From assembly GCA_040390065.1 (NCBI GenBank), contig JAZJZE010000001.1, forward strand, positions 326,718 to 390,717: DNA of 64,000 bases. Reading direction: 5' to 3'. The position numbers were made by a program, and so were the translations under genes. Source of the DNA: a bacterium (GTDB lineage Archaea > Thermoplasmatota > E2 > JACPAO01 > JAHFTW01). Within the stretch, counting starts at the first letter, position 1. Every line of letters begins with the position of its first letter. The notes beneath the pieces are model-generated. The model was not told the origin of the DNA. It saw only the letters and a program-made list of their open reading frames with translations, and did not search any database. Positions 46,092 to 55,805 of this stretch are shown here, one piece after another.

Positions 46092-47435
46092 TCAGTACGA
46101 TTCCAAGGTACGCTGCAGGCGGCACCGGGCCAGGAGGTCCGCATGGGCCTGCCACGTCTTGAACTGGCAGTGCCGGTCGATGTGGCGCAGTGCGGATTCG
46201 ACGTCTTCGAAGACGAGCGGCCGAGCGGCCATCGTCAAGCGGGACACTTCGCGCACGACCCAGACGCCAAGCGGTGTCGTGTAGTCGTCGGTAATCTCGC
46301 GTAGGACGATTGCGGTCGCCTGGCGGCCAGTCGCAATCATGTGTTCGAGGACGGCCAGTCGCGTGGCGTAGTATCCCCCCGCGGTGGCGGCGTACGTCGT
46401 GCGGCCCGCGTGGTCTTCCCAGTCCGCCTCCACGATCCCGGATGCCCCCTCGGCCAGGGGCATGCCAGAGCTGGCCCAAAAACTCCCCTTCAGCCAGGCC
46501 TCGATGGATTCGAACCCCCAAACGCGCGGCAGCAGAAGCGCGAAAAAGCGGTTGCCGAAGCGCTCGCCGACGTGCAGAATCGGTTTGTCGATGGTCGGCA
46601 GGTCACGCACCTTCTCGATCAAGGCCTTGCCGACCTGGTCGTCCGTCGCCGTGATGGCCCAACGCGTCGGCACGAGCTTGCGGTTCTGCCCGAGGCCGAG
46701 CAGGCCCGCCGAGAGCACCCGTTCCAATTGGTACACCGAGGTGCCGCCGGCGTACAGGCCCGCGATGGCTTCGCCGGCCCGCAAGTCGGTGTCGCCCGCC
46801 GCGCGTTCGAGGGGCCGCTCGACGCGCACGTTCTCGGCAAGTGTGGCGCGCTCCACTTCGGCGCTCGGCCCGTGCGGTGGGGCAAAGTCGCCCACGGTCG
46901 GGGCACCGAAACGCGGGGCTTTTGCCAGATGCACCTCGGTGTCGATGGGCCGGGCGGCGAGCGCGAGCTCTTGGCTGAGGCGGGTGATGCGGTCGGGGGA
47001 GAACACGTCGCCGGCAAGCCGCGCCACGTCGCGCACGGCCACTTTGTGCGTGGTGCGCAGCAGGCTCGAGCGCAGGCCCACGATGTCCGGGATGGTCATG
47101 CCAAGCCACTCTGCGGGCGAGTCGAGGCGGCGCGCGGCGTCGGCCTCGCGGTGCTCGGGGGGCAACATCGGGCCGATTGCCACATTGGGGTATCCATGGC
47201 GGCCGACGAACAGGCTCGGCGGCGAACTGCCAAACACGTCGCGCCCCAGATGTCCCCCCTCGCGCACGACCTTGGGCATCTGCGAGCGGATCTTCTGCAA
47301 CAGCGGGCAGGGGTCGTAGCCGCAGAGCATTCTCGCCCCCTTGCACGAGACGCAGAGCCTCGGGTCGATGGTGGCGAGGACCTGATCCAGCTCCGTGCCG
47401 TCGCCATGGCCACCACACGCTTTAAGAATCCCCAA
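46092..47435 (-). CDS. nreA: Archaeal DNA repair protein NreA
   Basis: CxxC-x6-C-x4-C zinc motif, 'GSSPPSLFVG', 'LVPTRWAITATD', 'GGYYA', 'PLGVWVVRE', C-terminal PIP-like QRTLESY; start uncertain. Confidence 0.88.
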   Translation of the reverse strand: MGILKACGGHGDGTELDQVLATIDPRLCVSCKGARMLCGYDPCPLLQKIRSQMPKVVREGGHLGRDVFGSSPPSLFVGRHGYPNVAIGPMLPPEHREADAARRLDSPAEWLGMTIPDIVGLRSSLLRTTHKVAVRDVARLAGDVFSPDRITRLSQELALAARPIDTEVHLAKAPRFGAPTVGDFAPPHGPSAEVERATLAENVRVERPLERAAGDTDLRAGEAIAGLYAGGTSVYQLERVLSAGLLGLGQNRKLVPTRWAITATDDQVGKALIEKVRDLPTIDKPILHVGERFGNRFFALLLPRVWGFESIEAWLKGSFWASSGMPLAEGASGIVEADWEDHAGRTTYAATAGGYYATRLAVLEHMIATGRQATAIVLREITDDYTTPLGVWVVREVSRLTMAARPLVFEDVESALRHIDRHCQFKTWQAHADLLARCRLQRTLESY

Positions 47436-47449
47436 GGGGAGGCCGACAC

Positions 47450-48871
47450 ATGGGCAGGGCCACCGTCGCAGTCGCCGTCTTGGCGCTGTTTGCCGCGGGG
47501 TGCGCCGTGCCCGCGCCGACCCATCTGCCCGGTCGGACGCCGCCCGAGACGCCGCTCGAGATCCCGACCGTGGGCGTCATGGAAGGCGCCTTCGCGGTCA
47601 TGCATCGTGGCGGCACCTTGTCCTTCGGCTTGTCCGCAGGCGCAGCCAACCTCACGCTCTTTGCGCCCGACGACCACCGCGTCGCCGGCTTCCGACTCGA
47701 TACGATCCACGCACGCCTCGACATGCAGGCGGCCGCGGGTGAATACGTCATGGTCGCCGTGCCGCAGAGGCAGGTCGCCATCGGGTTCTGGGTCGCGTCG
47801 GCGGGGGAAACGCTGCCCGTGCTGCGCAAGTTGCCGTGGGTGTCCGGATTCGCCGTGCTCGCCGATGACAACTCCTTGCCGACCGAAGGCATGCTGCCGG
47901 GCGCCGGCCCATCGGTCCGCCAAGTGAACGTGACCGTGGAGGCGCCCCCTGTGTGGGCCGTGGCACTCGTCGCCGCCGGCGAATACCAGGACCTTGAAGT
48001 CGAGTTGCACACCGACGCGGGCGCCCTCCTCGAGGCCAGCAGTGCCGGGAGCCCGTTCGGCCTGCTCGTGCCCCTGCCCGCCCTGCAAGGCCATCAGGAG
48101 TGGAGCGTGCCTGCAAAGACCTACCTCGGCAGCGCCTCGGGCCACGTGGTGGCTGGCGTCGTGCGCTACACGGCCCTCGACGGCGCCATTCTGCTGACCT
48201 GGACGACGTACAGCCGGGCGGGTCACCTCTCCGCGGTCGCCACGGAGCCCTCCCCGACCGGCTTCTCGTACGGTCCGCTCGGGCCTCGCCCGCTCTTGGC
48301 CCACGTCAGCGGCGACGCCGCGAAGCTGACCCTTGCAGCGCCGGACCCCATGGCCGGCCCCGGCATCGTGCAAGTGTGGGACCCGGACGATCACCCCCTC
48401 GGGCCGTTTCGCGTCCCTGCGGGTGCCAACGTCAGCCTGCCCGTGCACCGTGGCGGCGCCTACATCTTCCTCGTCCTCAACGGCACGGTCGAACTCGGGG
48501 CCGACGACGCCCCGGCGGACCAGTCCCTGTACACGTTGCCGGTGGAGGCACAGCAATTCCCCCTCCGCCGCAGCAGCGTGAGCGGCCGCTTCGTCGAGGA
48601 GACGCAACCCATGGCCGTGGCAACGGGCGCAGTCCCCTTCGGCTTGCAGGCATCCGTCATTTCGCCCTCCACGGCAATCGGATTCTGCTCCGACGACGTC
48701 CACCTCCAGGTCTTGCAGGGGAACGCGACGATCGGCTCGAACGGCCCGGGCGACTGGTGGCAGGCGGCCATTTTCATGGACGGGCAGCCACTGCAGATCC
48801 ATTCGACGGGCTTCGGCGAGGACAGCTGCGAGCAAGCCGGCGTCGACCTCTTGTCCTTTTCCCGCCCGTAG
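47450..48871 (+). CDS. Lipoprotein of unknown function
   Basis: Lipobox AAGC; TTTAAG about 25 nt upstream (leaderless-type promoter). Confidence 0.7.
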   Translation: MGRATVAVAVLALFAAGCAVPAPTHLPGRTPPETPLEIPTVGVMEGAFAVMHRGGTLSFGLSAGAANLTLFAPDDHRVAGFRLDTIHARLDMQAAAGEYVMVAVPQRQVAIGFWVASAGETLPVLRKLPWVSGFAVLADDNSLPTEGMLPGAGPSVRQVNVTVEAPPVWAVALVAAGEYQDLEVELHTDAGALLEASSAGSPFGLLVPLPALQGHQEWSVPAKTYLGSASGHVVAGVVRYTALDGAILLTWTTYSRAGHLSAVATEPSPTGFSYGPLGPRPLLAHVSGDAAKLTLAAPDPMAGPGIVQVWDPDDHPLGPFRVPAGANVSLPVHRGGAYIFLVLNGTVELGADDAPADQSLYTLPVEAQQFPLRRSSVSGRFVEETQPMAVATGAVPFGLQASVISPSTAIGFCSDDVHLQVLQGNATIGSNGPGDWWQAAIFMDGQPLQIHSTGFGEDSCEQAGVDLLSFSRP

Positions 48872-48916
48872 CCGCACGGCCCCGGGCCTTATGAGTCGCC
48901 GGACCTTGGCGCCCGC

Positions 48917-50266
48917 GTGGACCTCGTCTGCCCCCTCGATTTCCGCTACGGCCGCCCGGAGATGAAGGCCCTGTGGACGGAAGAGCGGCGCCTGCGGTAC
49001 CTGCTGCAAGTCGAGGCGGCACTCGCCCACGCCCACGCCGCCACGGGCACCATCCCGAAGGACGCGGCCAAGCGCCTGCAGAAGGTCGCCGATTCGGGCA
49101 AGGTCAAGGCGGACCGCGTCAAGGCCATCGAGGCCGAGATCAAGCACGACCTCATGGCGGTCGTCAAGGCGATGACGGAGGTCGCGGGCGCCGCCGATGG
49201 CAAGTACATCCACCTCGGGGCGACGAGTTACGACATCATCGACACGGCCAACTCGCTGCAGTTCCGCGACGCCATCGCCGTGCTTCGCGGCGGCCTGCGC
49301 GCTCTTCGCGACGCCCTCCTCAAGCAGGCCGATGCCCACCGGCACACGACCATGCTCGGCCGCACACACGGACAAGCCGCCGTCCCCATCACATTCGGTC
49401 TCAAGATGGCCGTGTTCGCAAGCGAAGTCGGGCGCCACCTCGAGCGCCTCGCCGAGGTCGAACCCCGCGTCGCCGTCGGCATGATGAGCGGCGCCACGGG
49501 CAGCATGGCGGCCTTCCGCGGCAAGGGCATCCAGGTCCAAGCCGCCGTGTGCGCCAAACTCGGCCTTCGGCCCGTGACGGCGTCGACCCAGATCATCCAG
49601 CGCGACCGCTACATCGAACTCTTTGGCCTCATCGCGAACATCGCGACCAGCCTTGAGAAGTTCAGCACCGAAGTGCGCACCCTGCAGCGCAGCGAGATCG
49701 GCGAAGTGGCCGAGGGCTTCGACGCCAAGAAGCAGGTCGGCAGCTCCACCATGCCGCACAAGCAGAACCCCATCACCTCGGAACAAGTCACAGGACTTGC
49801 CCGCCTCGTTCGCTCGATGGTCTTGCCTGTGTGGGAGAACGCCGTGCAATGGAACGAGCGCGACTTGGCCAACTCGGCGCCAGAGCGCTTCCTGCACCCG
49901 CACGCCTTCATCCTCCTCGACCACATCACGCACCAGATGGCCAAAGTCTTCCGTGAACTGCGGGTCCGCCCAGACCGGATGCAGGACAACATGGACCGCG
50001 CCCAGGGCCTCATGATGGCCGAATCGGTCATGATCTCGTTGACCGAGAAGGGCGTCGGCCGGCAGGAAGCCCACGAGATGTCGCGCGCAGCCTCGATGAA
50101 GGCCATCGCCAAGAACGTCCACCTGCGCGTCGCCCTCGCCGCCGACAAGCGCATCGTCAAGCTGCTTGGCAAGAAAGGCCTCGCCGACGCGATGGACCCG
50201 GCCAAGTACGTCGGCCCCGTCGACGCCATCATCGACCAGGTCATCGCCGAGACGAAGTCGTTGTGA
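48917..50266 (+). CDS. purB: Adenylosuccinate lyase
   Basis: 'HLGATSYDIIDTA', 'GRTHGQAA', signature 'GSSTMPHKQNP'. Confidence 0.97.
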   Translation: MDLVCPLDFRYGRPEMKALWTEERRLRYLLQVEAALAHAHAATGTIPKDAAKRLQKVADSGKVKADRVKAIEAEIKHDLMAVVKAMTEVAGAADGKYIHLGATSYDIIDTANSLQFRDAIAVLRGGLRALRDALLKQADAHRHTTMLGRTHGQAAVPITFGLKMAVFASEVGRHLERLAEVEPRVAVGMMSGATGSMAAFRGKGIQVQAAVCAKLGLRPVTASTQIIQRDRYIELFGLIANIATSLEKFSTEVRTLQRSEIGEVAEGFDAKKQVGSSTMPHKQNPITSEQVTGLARLVRSMVLPVWENAVQWNERDLANSAPERFLHPHAFILLDHITHQMAKVFRELRVRPDRMQDNMDRAQGLMMAESVMISLTEKGVGRQEAHEMSRAASMKAIAKNVHLRVALAADKRIVKLLGKKGLADAMDPAKYVGPVDAIIDQVIAETKSL

Positions 50267-50349
50267 ATCCGCGGGACCGGCGGGCCGCCTGGGCCTGTCG
50301 TAGCCACAAGGGATAACCTCCCGTTGCATCGTCTGCGACCAGGATTCCC

Positions 50350-51717
50350 ATGGCCGTCCGACCTCGCACCTACCTCATGTTCGCCGCTGTCCTGCTGGTC
50401 CTGGCGACGCTTGCCTCAACCGCTCCCGGATTTGCCACAGCCCAGCCCTCGCCGACCGGCCAGGTCGAGAAAGCCGCAGGCGACCTCGTGCCGACGACGG
50501 ACCTGGCAATGACGTTCGCCTCGGGCACCGTCACGCCCGCCGTGGGCGTCTTGCAGGACCTCTACGAGCCGACCGTCACGGTTTCCGGGACGGGAGCCAT
50601 CTATGTGGCTGGCCACGTCATCGGCGCCTACTCGACCGGCACGCCCGCCTACGTGAGCAACAACAACGGCGTGTCGTGGACGCAACTGCCCGCCGTCTCC
50701 AGCGTGTCCACCGCGCCCGTCCAGGGCTCGGCCCAGCCCGGCGGCGACGAGGGCATCGTCGTCGCGGACGGCACCGGTCGCGCGTGGCTCGTCGACATGG
50801 GCGCCCAGGGCATGTCCGTCACCGGGTATTGCGGCAATGGCGCCAACGTGTGCTACACGCTGCCTGACGCGTGGAGTCCGAACCAGTCGGTGGCCTCCGG
50901 ATGCGGTGTGGCCTCGGTCGCGACCGACAGGCCTTGGGCAGCCTACGCCAACAACCAACTCCTGCTCGTGAACAACGGGTACCTCGGGACAGCTGGAAAC
51001 CGCGTCCAGTTGAGCCTGCTGAACGTCGCCCCCGGCGTTGCGCCCCCTGTCACGCCGCCGTTCTGGAACGGCTGCGCCAGCGCCGCTGGCTTCATTCCTG
51101 GCGTGCCTGCCTTGCGGGGCTCCGATGGCCGGTACGTGATTCCGCACGTCCAAGGCGCCAACTTGCGCGTCATCACGGGAACGACGCTTGTCCCCAGCGC
51201 AACCACGACCGACTTCGCCGTCGCCTCGACGGACCTTGCGTGCCCAGGCAGCGGCTACGGCGCCAACTGGGGTTTCTCCACAGTCAGTCAGCCCGGCACG
51301 TTCTATGTCACGGCCGCGAAGGACGCCACACACTTCAGTGTCTCGGCCACCACGACCGGCACCACGTTCAAGACGGGAACGTTCGCGACGGTCGCGGGCA
51401 ACATCGCGTTCCTGTGGATCTCGGGCTCGCAGCTCGCGGAGGGCGCCCTCGTGAGTTGGGCGGAGGACAACGGGTCCTGCTTCAACCCGACTTTCTACGC
51501 AGCGCACATCAAGCTTGACGCCACCGGCACGCCCGTCATCAGTGACATCACGACGATCGGCGCCGTCAACGGCGCATGCGGCGACCTCATGGGCTCCAGC
51601 CTGAGCCCGAGCGGCAACGCCTACGTCGTGGTCTTCGCGCAGCCCAACGGATGCACTGACTTCCCCTTGGTGACGCCGCTGCGGGTGTACAAGCAGACGG
51701 CCGGCCCCATCCTGTAG
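50350..51717 (+). CDS. Secreted beta-propeller-like protein
   Basis: Signal peptide; 'YEPTV', 'SNNNGVSW', 'TDRPW'. Confidence 0.7.
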   Translation: MAVRPRTYLMFAAVLLVLATLASTAPGFATAQPSPTGQVEKAAGDLVPTTDLAMTFASGTVTPAVGVLQDLYEPTVTVSGTGAIYVAGHVIGAYSTGTPAYVSNNNGVSWTQLPAVSSVSTAPVQGSAQPGGDEGIVVADGTGRAWLVDMGAQGMSVTGYCGNGANVCYTLPDAWSPNQSVASGCGVASVATDRPWAAYANNQLLLVNNGYLGTAGNRVQLSLLNVAPGVAPPVTPPFWNGCASAAGFIPGVPALRGSDGRYVIPHVQGANLRVITGTTLVPSATTTDFAVASTDLACPGSGYGANWGFSTVSQPGTFYVTAAKDATHFSVSATTTGTTFKTGTFATVAGNIAFLWISGSQLAEGALVSWAEDNGSCFNPTFYAAHIKLDATGTPVISDITTIGAVNGACGDLMGSSLSPSGNAYVVVFAQPNGCTDFPLVTPLRVYKQTAGPIL

Positions 51718-51770
51718 ACCGACGCGACGCGGGGCGCTAGGCCTAAGGGCGCGTTGCACGTCCGACGCGC

Positions 51771-53108
51771 GTGGACAACCAGCCCGCCCGGGAAATCCAG
51801 CGCCCCCGCGGCACCCGCGACTTCGCCCCGGCCGAGATGGCCGTGCGTCGTCACGTGGCCGACCAGATGCGCGGCGTGTTTGCGCGTTTCGGGTACCGCG
51901 AGGTGCAGACGCCGGCCTTCGAGGAACTCGGTTTGTTCACGGCGAAATCTGGCGAGGGCATCGTCGAGGAATTGTACAACTTCAAGGACAAGGGCGAGCG
52001 CGACATGTGCCTGCGGCCGGAACTGACGGCTCCCGTCATGCGCATGTATTTCCAGGAACACTTCAACGACCCGAAGCCCATCAAGTGGTTCTACCACGGC
52101 GCGTGCTACCGCTACGACCGGCCGCAGGCAGGGCGCTACCGAGAATTCTGGCAGTTCGGCTGCGAGCAGATTGGTGCGGGAACGCCGTTGGCCTACGCCG
52201 AGCTGCTGGCCTTGGCGGACGCTGTCATGCGCGAAGTCGGGCTCGTCGAGCGCGAGTTCTTCGTCGGCCATGTCAAGATCCTGAAGCACTGCGTGGACAC
52301 CTTCGGCTTCGACGCCGCCACGCGCGGCAAGCTCATGCGCGCCATCGACAAGGGCGACCGGGCCGAGGTGCAGCGGCTCGCGGATGCGAAGGGCGGATGC
52401 GAAGCGGCGCTCGACCGGCTCTTCCTCATCATGGACGCGCCGACGGTCGCGGCCGCGCGCCACGCTCTGCTGATCGACGCGACGTCCGTGTCGGAGGACG
52501 ACGCTGAACTGCGGGCTGACCTCGCCGACCTCGATGCGGCGCTTCGCTTCCTCGACGGGTTCGGTGTGAAGGGCGTGCGGCTCAACCTCGGCATCGCCCG
52601 CGGCCTCGACTACTACACGGGCATCGTCTTCGAGATGCATTGCCCCATCCTCGGCGCCGAGAAGCAACTCCTGGGAGGCGGCGGCTACGACCTCTCGGCC
52701 GTCTTTGGCGGCCAGCCGACGCCCACGATGGGCTTCGGGCTCGGGTTCGACCGCACGATCGTCGCACTCGAGAAACAGGCGGAACTCGCCGGCCAGAAGA
52801 CTGCCTTCCCCGCGCACGCCGGACCTGCCGCGTACTTTGCCGCCCTCTCGGACGCCGCCGCCGCGAAGGTGCTGCCAATCGTCTCGGGGCTGCGCGCAAA
52901 CGGCCTCGTCGTGGAGCTGGACCTCGCTGGCCGCAAGCCAGGCGCCGTGGCCAAGCACGCCGACGCGGTTGGGGCACGGACCCTTGTCATCCTAGGCGAC
53001 CGCGACCTCGAAGCCGGCAAGGCGCAGGTCAAGGACCTCGCCACGGGGAACACCGAGGACGTGGCAATCGATGCCCTGCCTGCCTGGTTCGTTCGGCACC
53101 GTACCTGA
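51771..53108 (+). CDS. hisS: Histidyl-tRNA synthetase
   Basis: PRGTRDF, LRPELTA, RYDRPQAGRYREFWQ, RGLDYYTG, GGGYD. Confidence 0.97.
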   Translation: MDNQPAREIQRPRGTRDFAPAEMAVRRHVADQMRGVFARFGYREVQTPAFEELGLFTAKSGEGIVEELYNFKDKGERDMCLRPELTAPVMRMYFQEHFNDPKPIKWFYHGACYRYDRPQAGRYREFWQFGCEQIGAGTPLAYAELLALADAVMREVGLVEREFFVGHVKILKHCVDTFGFDAATRGKLMRAIDKGDRAEVQRLADAKGGCEAALDRLFLIMDAPTVAAARHALLIDATSVSEDDAELRADLADLDAALRFLDGFGVKGVRLNLGIARGLDYYTGIVFEMHCPILGAEKQLLGGGGYDLSAVFGGQPTPTMGFGLGFDRTIVALEKQAELAGQKTAFPAHAGPAAYFAALSDAAAAKVLPIVSGLRANGLVVELDLAGRKPGAVAKHADAVGARTLVILGDRDLEAGKAQVKDLATGNTEDVAIDALPAWFVRHRT

Positions 53109-53202
53109 CCGCGAGGTGTATGCCCGCGCGCGGCGTTTCGTGCGCATGGCCCCTCTTGCCGCGATGCGGTGCCTGAAGCGACGCCCCGATCGTCCGGCCG
53201 CC

Positions 53203-53949
53203 ATGGGACTGCGTGTCCTTGCCGTCTGCGTCGTTCTGTTGCTGGCCGGCTGCTCCGGCTCGTCCAAGCAGGATTCCTCGTCGCCATCCGCCGCGCGCCC
53301 CGCCACGTCCTCGTCGGCAGCCCCTCCACCGCCGCCTCCACCTCTGGCGCCGATGCCGCCGCCTCCGCAGGCGCAGCCCGAGCAGCCGCCGCAGACGTAC
53401 CGCGTCCTCAAGGTGGACTTGTGGCTGAACGGGACCGGGCCGCCAGCGCCGCCGCCCGCCAACCCGGTGCCTTGCGACGACGACGGTTCGGCCCAGGCCG
53501 ACTTCGGGACGCAGATGCTGCACTTGCGCGGCGACGGACACGATTTCGTCGTGGGCCAGACGGCGCTTGTCACATACGTTGTCCCCCGGCTGCACGACCC
53601 ATCCGTCCCGCTTGGCGAATGCCCGCCGGAAGGCGAGCCCCAGTTCGACGCATGGGACGCTGGCAACCAAACGTTCGCCTACGTCCTGCACGGCCACCGG
53701 GAACGCGTCGCCATCGAACCGACCGGTTTCGGCGTCCGCGCCGACGGTGTGGCGCTCGCGGCGGGCAAGTCGACGGAGCGAGCCGTGCGCTTCGATTGGA
53801 CCCAGCCGTCCGACGGCGCGCACTACCGCTACGTTGGCCTCCTGCGTGTGACGTTCGTCGGCTTCTGGTCCTACACCAAGGTGAACGAGGCCTTCAGCTC
53901 GAACGGCCCAGGCTACGACGCGGGCGAAGGAAACTGGCACGTTGGCTGA
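53203..53949 (+). CDS. Lipoprotein with Pro-rich linker
   Basis: Lipobox LAGC; poly-Pro linker. Confidence 0.7.
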   Translation: MGLRVLAVCVVLLLAGCSGSSKQDSSSPSAARPATSSSAAPPPPPPPLAPMPPPPQAQPEQPPQTYRVLKVDLWLNGTGPPAPPPANPVPCDDDGSAQADFGTQMLHLRGDGHDFVVGQTALVTYVVPRLHDPSVPLGECPPEGEPQFDAWDAGNQTFAYVLHGHRERVAIEPTGFGVRADGVALAAGKSTERAVRFDWTQPSDGAHYRYVGLLRVTFVGFWSYTKVNEAFSSNGPGYDAGEGNWHVG

Positions 53950-53981
53950 GCTTGGCCAGCGCGCAGGTGGGGGCGCGCCCG

Positions 53982-54191
53982 TCAACCGCCACTGAACGCC
54001 GACAGCAGGACAAGGGTCTCGCCATCGACGACGGGCTCGTCCTCGGGGACCGGCGTCGAGCCGCGAATGGCAAGCGTGTGGTCCGGCGATTGACCGACGG
54101 CGCGAAGCACGTCCCCAACCGTCGCACCGGGCGACAAGGCGACGTCGCGGGGCGGCTCTCGGGCGGGTCGGAAGACAATGCGGACCTGCAA
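53982..54191 (-). CDS. Ubiquitin-like sulfur carrier (SAMP/MoaD/ThiS family)
   Basis: 69 aa; 'GATVGDVLRAVG...PVPED'; C-terminal SGG; TTG start. Confidence 0.85.
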   Translation of the reverse strand: MQVRIVFRPAREPPRDVALSPGATVGDVLRAVGQSPDHTLAIRGSTPVPEDEPVVDGETLVLLSAFSGG

Positions 54192-54192
54192 G

Positions 54193-54275
54193 CGCCGAGG
54201 GCAGGATTTGAACCTGCAAATCCAGGGGACACTGGTTTTCGAGACCAGCGCAATACCGGGTTATGCGACCTCGGC
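54193..54275 (-). tRNA. tRNA-Ser(CGA)
   Basis: GCCGAGG acceptor stem, CTGGT-CTCGAAA-ACCAG anticodon arm, variable arm, GCAGG-TTCAAAT-CCTGC T arm, G73. Confidence 0.95.
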
Positions 54276-54691
54276 AGGTAAGTCGGCCGACTTGTGGCCG
54301 CTATTTCCAGGTTTCGTGCCGTGCGAGCGCGACGCGCGAGCCATCAGGGGGTCGCGGGGGGCGGTAAGCCCCCCCGCAGGTCCGCGGGGCCGCAGGCCCC
54401 GCTGCCCAAATGATCGACCTGTTTGCAGGTCGAGGGACACTGGTTTTCGAGACCAGCGCAATACCGGGTTATGCGACCTCGGCAGGTAAGTCGGCCGACT
54501 TGTGGCCGCTATTTCCAGGTTTCGTGCCGTGCGAGCGCGACGCGCGAGCCATCAGGGGGTCGCGGGGGGCGGTAAGCCCCCCCGCAGGTCCGCGGGGCCG
54601 CAGGCCCCGCTGCCCAAATGATCGACCTGTTTGCAGGTCGAGGGACACTGGTTTTCGAGACCAGCGCAATACCGGGTCATGCGACCTCGGC
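54276..54691 (-). repeat. Two 208-bp tandem units, each containing the 5' 50 nt of tRNA-Ser(CGA)
   Basis: tRNA fragment at 54434-54483 (identical) and 54642-54691 (1 mismatch); hairpin-rich 158-bp spacers. Confidence 0.95.
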
Positions 54692-54796
54692 AGAAGGGCG
54701 CTGGGGCGGAGGCCAGGGCTCGCCTATATTCCCATTTCGAGGGGCCGCAGGTCGACCCACCCAAACCTCATGTGGGCGGCGCCGATAGGATACGCC

Positions 54797-55804
54797 GTGC
54801 GCAAGCGCCTGGCCATGGCCGCCCTCGTCCTCATGCTTCTGCCGGCCGTTCCGGCCCGCGCCGCCGACCCTGGCGACGGCATCGTGATCGCCGTTCTCGA
54901 CACGGGCGTCGACTCGAGCCACCCGGAACTGAAGGACCGCGTCGAGCGCATGAGTTTCTACCGATCCCCCATCCCGCCGGTTCCCGGCTTGCCAGACCCG
55001 ACGACGCTTCAGCCGGACCCCGATGGCCACGGCACGGCGGCGGCGAGCGTCGCGGCGGCCAAGTCGTTCGGCGTCGCCTCCGGCGCCCGCATCCTGGACA
55101 TGCAGGTCAGCGCCCGCTACACGCAAGGCGCCCTCGACCCGACGGCGGAGGAAGCGGCCACGCGTGCGATGGATGAACTGCTGCGCCACCACGGCGGCAA
55201 CGGCACGGCGGGACCGCGCGTCGTGCTGCTGTCCTTCGCGAACAACTTGACGGCATCCGGGGCCGCGACCTTGGCCGCGCAGGCGCACGACCTGTGGGAT
55301 GCGGGCGTCCTTGTCATCGTGCCTGCGGGCAGCCACTCGCCGCTTCACGACAGCCCATACGTCGTCACCGTCGGCGACCGCGACGCTACGTGTGCAGCGG
55401 GCGTTCCGGCGGCCGGCGTCCTCAAGCCCGACCTGGCGGCCGCGGCTCGCAACGTCAAGGTGGCGACGCCTGGAACGCCCACGGGCGGCCAAGGCCAGGC
55501 GTCGGGCACCGCGTTTGCATCGGCGTCCGTCGCCGGGGCCGCGGCCCTCATGTGGCAGGCCCGTCCTGGACTTCCCGTCGCCGCGCTCGCCGCCATCATG
55601 CGTGACACGGCGGCCGACAAGGCCGCAGCCGGTCCCGACGGGTGCACCGGTTTCGGCGCCTTGGACGCGGAGGCGGCCGTCGTCGCCGCGAAAGCCTGGA
55701 GCGATCCCGTTCCGCCGGGCACCCCATCAGCGGCCAAGTCGCCGATGCCGATCGGCCCCTTGGTCGCGCTGGTCCTGTTGGCCTTGGCGGCTCGTCGGAG
55801 GTAG
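54797..55804 (+). CDS. Subtilisin-like S8 protein, probably catalytically inactive, with C-terminal sorting signal
   Basis: AVLDTG, GHGT and KPDL present, but SGTAFA replaces SGTSMA; KSP-TM-RRR tail. Confidence 0.85.
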   Translation: MRKRLAMAALVLMLLPAVPARAADPGDGIVIAVLDTGVDSSHPELKDRVERMSFYRSPIPPVPGLPDPTTLQPDPDGHGTAAASVAAAKSFGVASGARILDMQVSARYTQGALDPTAEEAATRAMDELLRHHGGNGTAGPRVVLLSFANNLTASGAATLAAQAHDLWDAGVLVIVPAGSHSPLHDSPYVVTVGDRDATCAAGVPAAGVLKPDLAAAARNVKVATPGTPTGGQGQASGTAFASASVAGAAALMWQARPGLPVAALAAIMRDTAADKAAAGPDGCTGFGALDAEAAVVAAKAWSDPVPPGTPSAAKSPMPIGPLVALVLLALAARRR

Positions 55805-55805
55805 C

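Noticed and set aside
47096-50329. 1077-aa minus-strand ORF and similar long ORFs (28183-30915, 44222-46162, 16794-18968)
   Set aside because: Antisense shadows of real genes in high-GC DNA with no recognisable motifs
54180-54385. 10-bp complementarity between the repeat spacer and the SAMP start region
   Set aside because: Too short and GC-rich to distinguish from chance
54410-54796. N-terminal extension of the subtilase ORF, and duplicated 66-aa ORFs at 54261/54469
   Set aside because: They run through the tRNA-derived repeats; the signal peptide starts at GTG 54797
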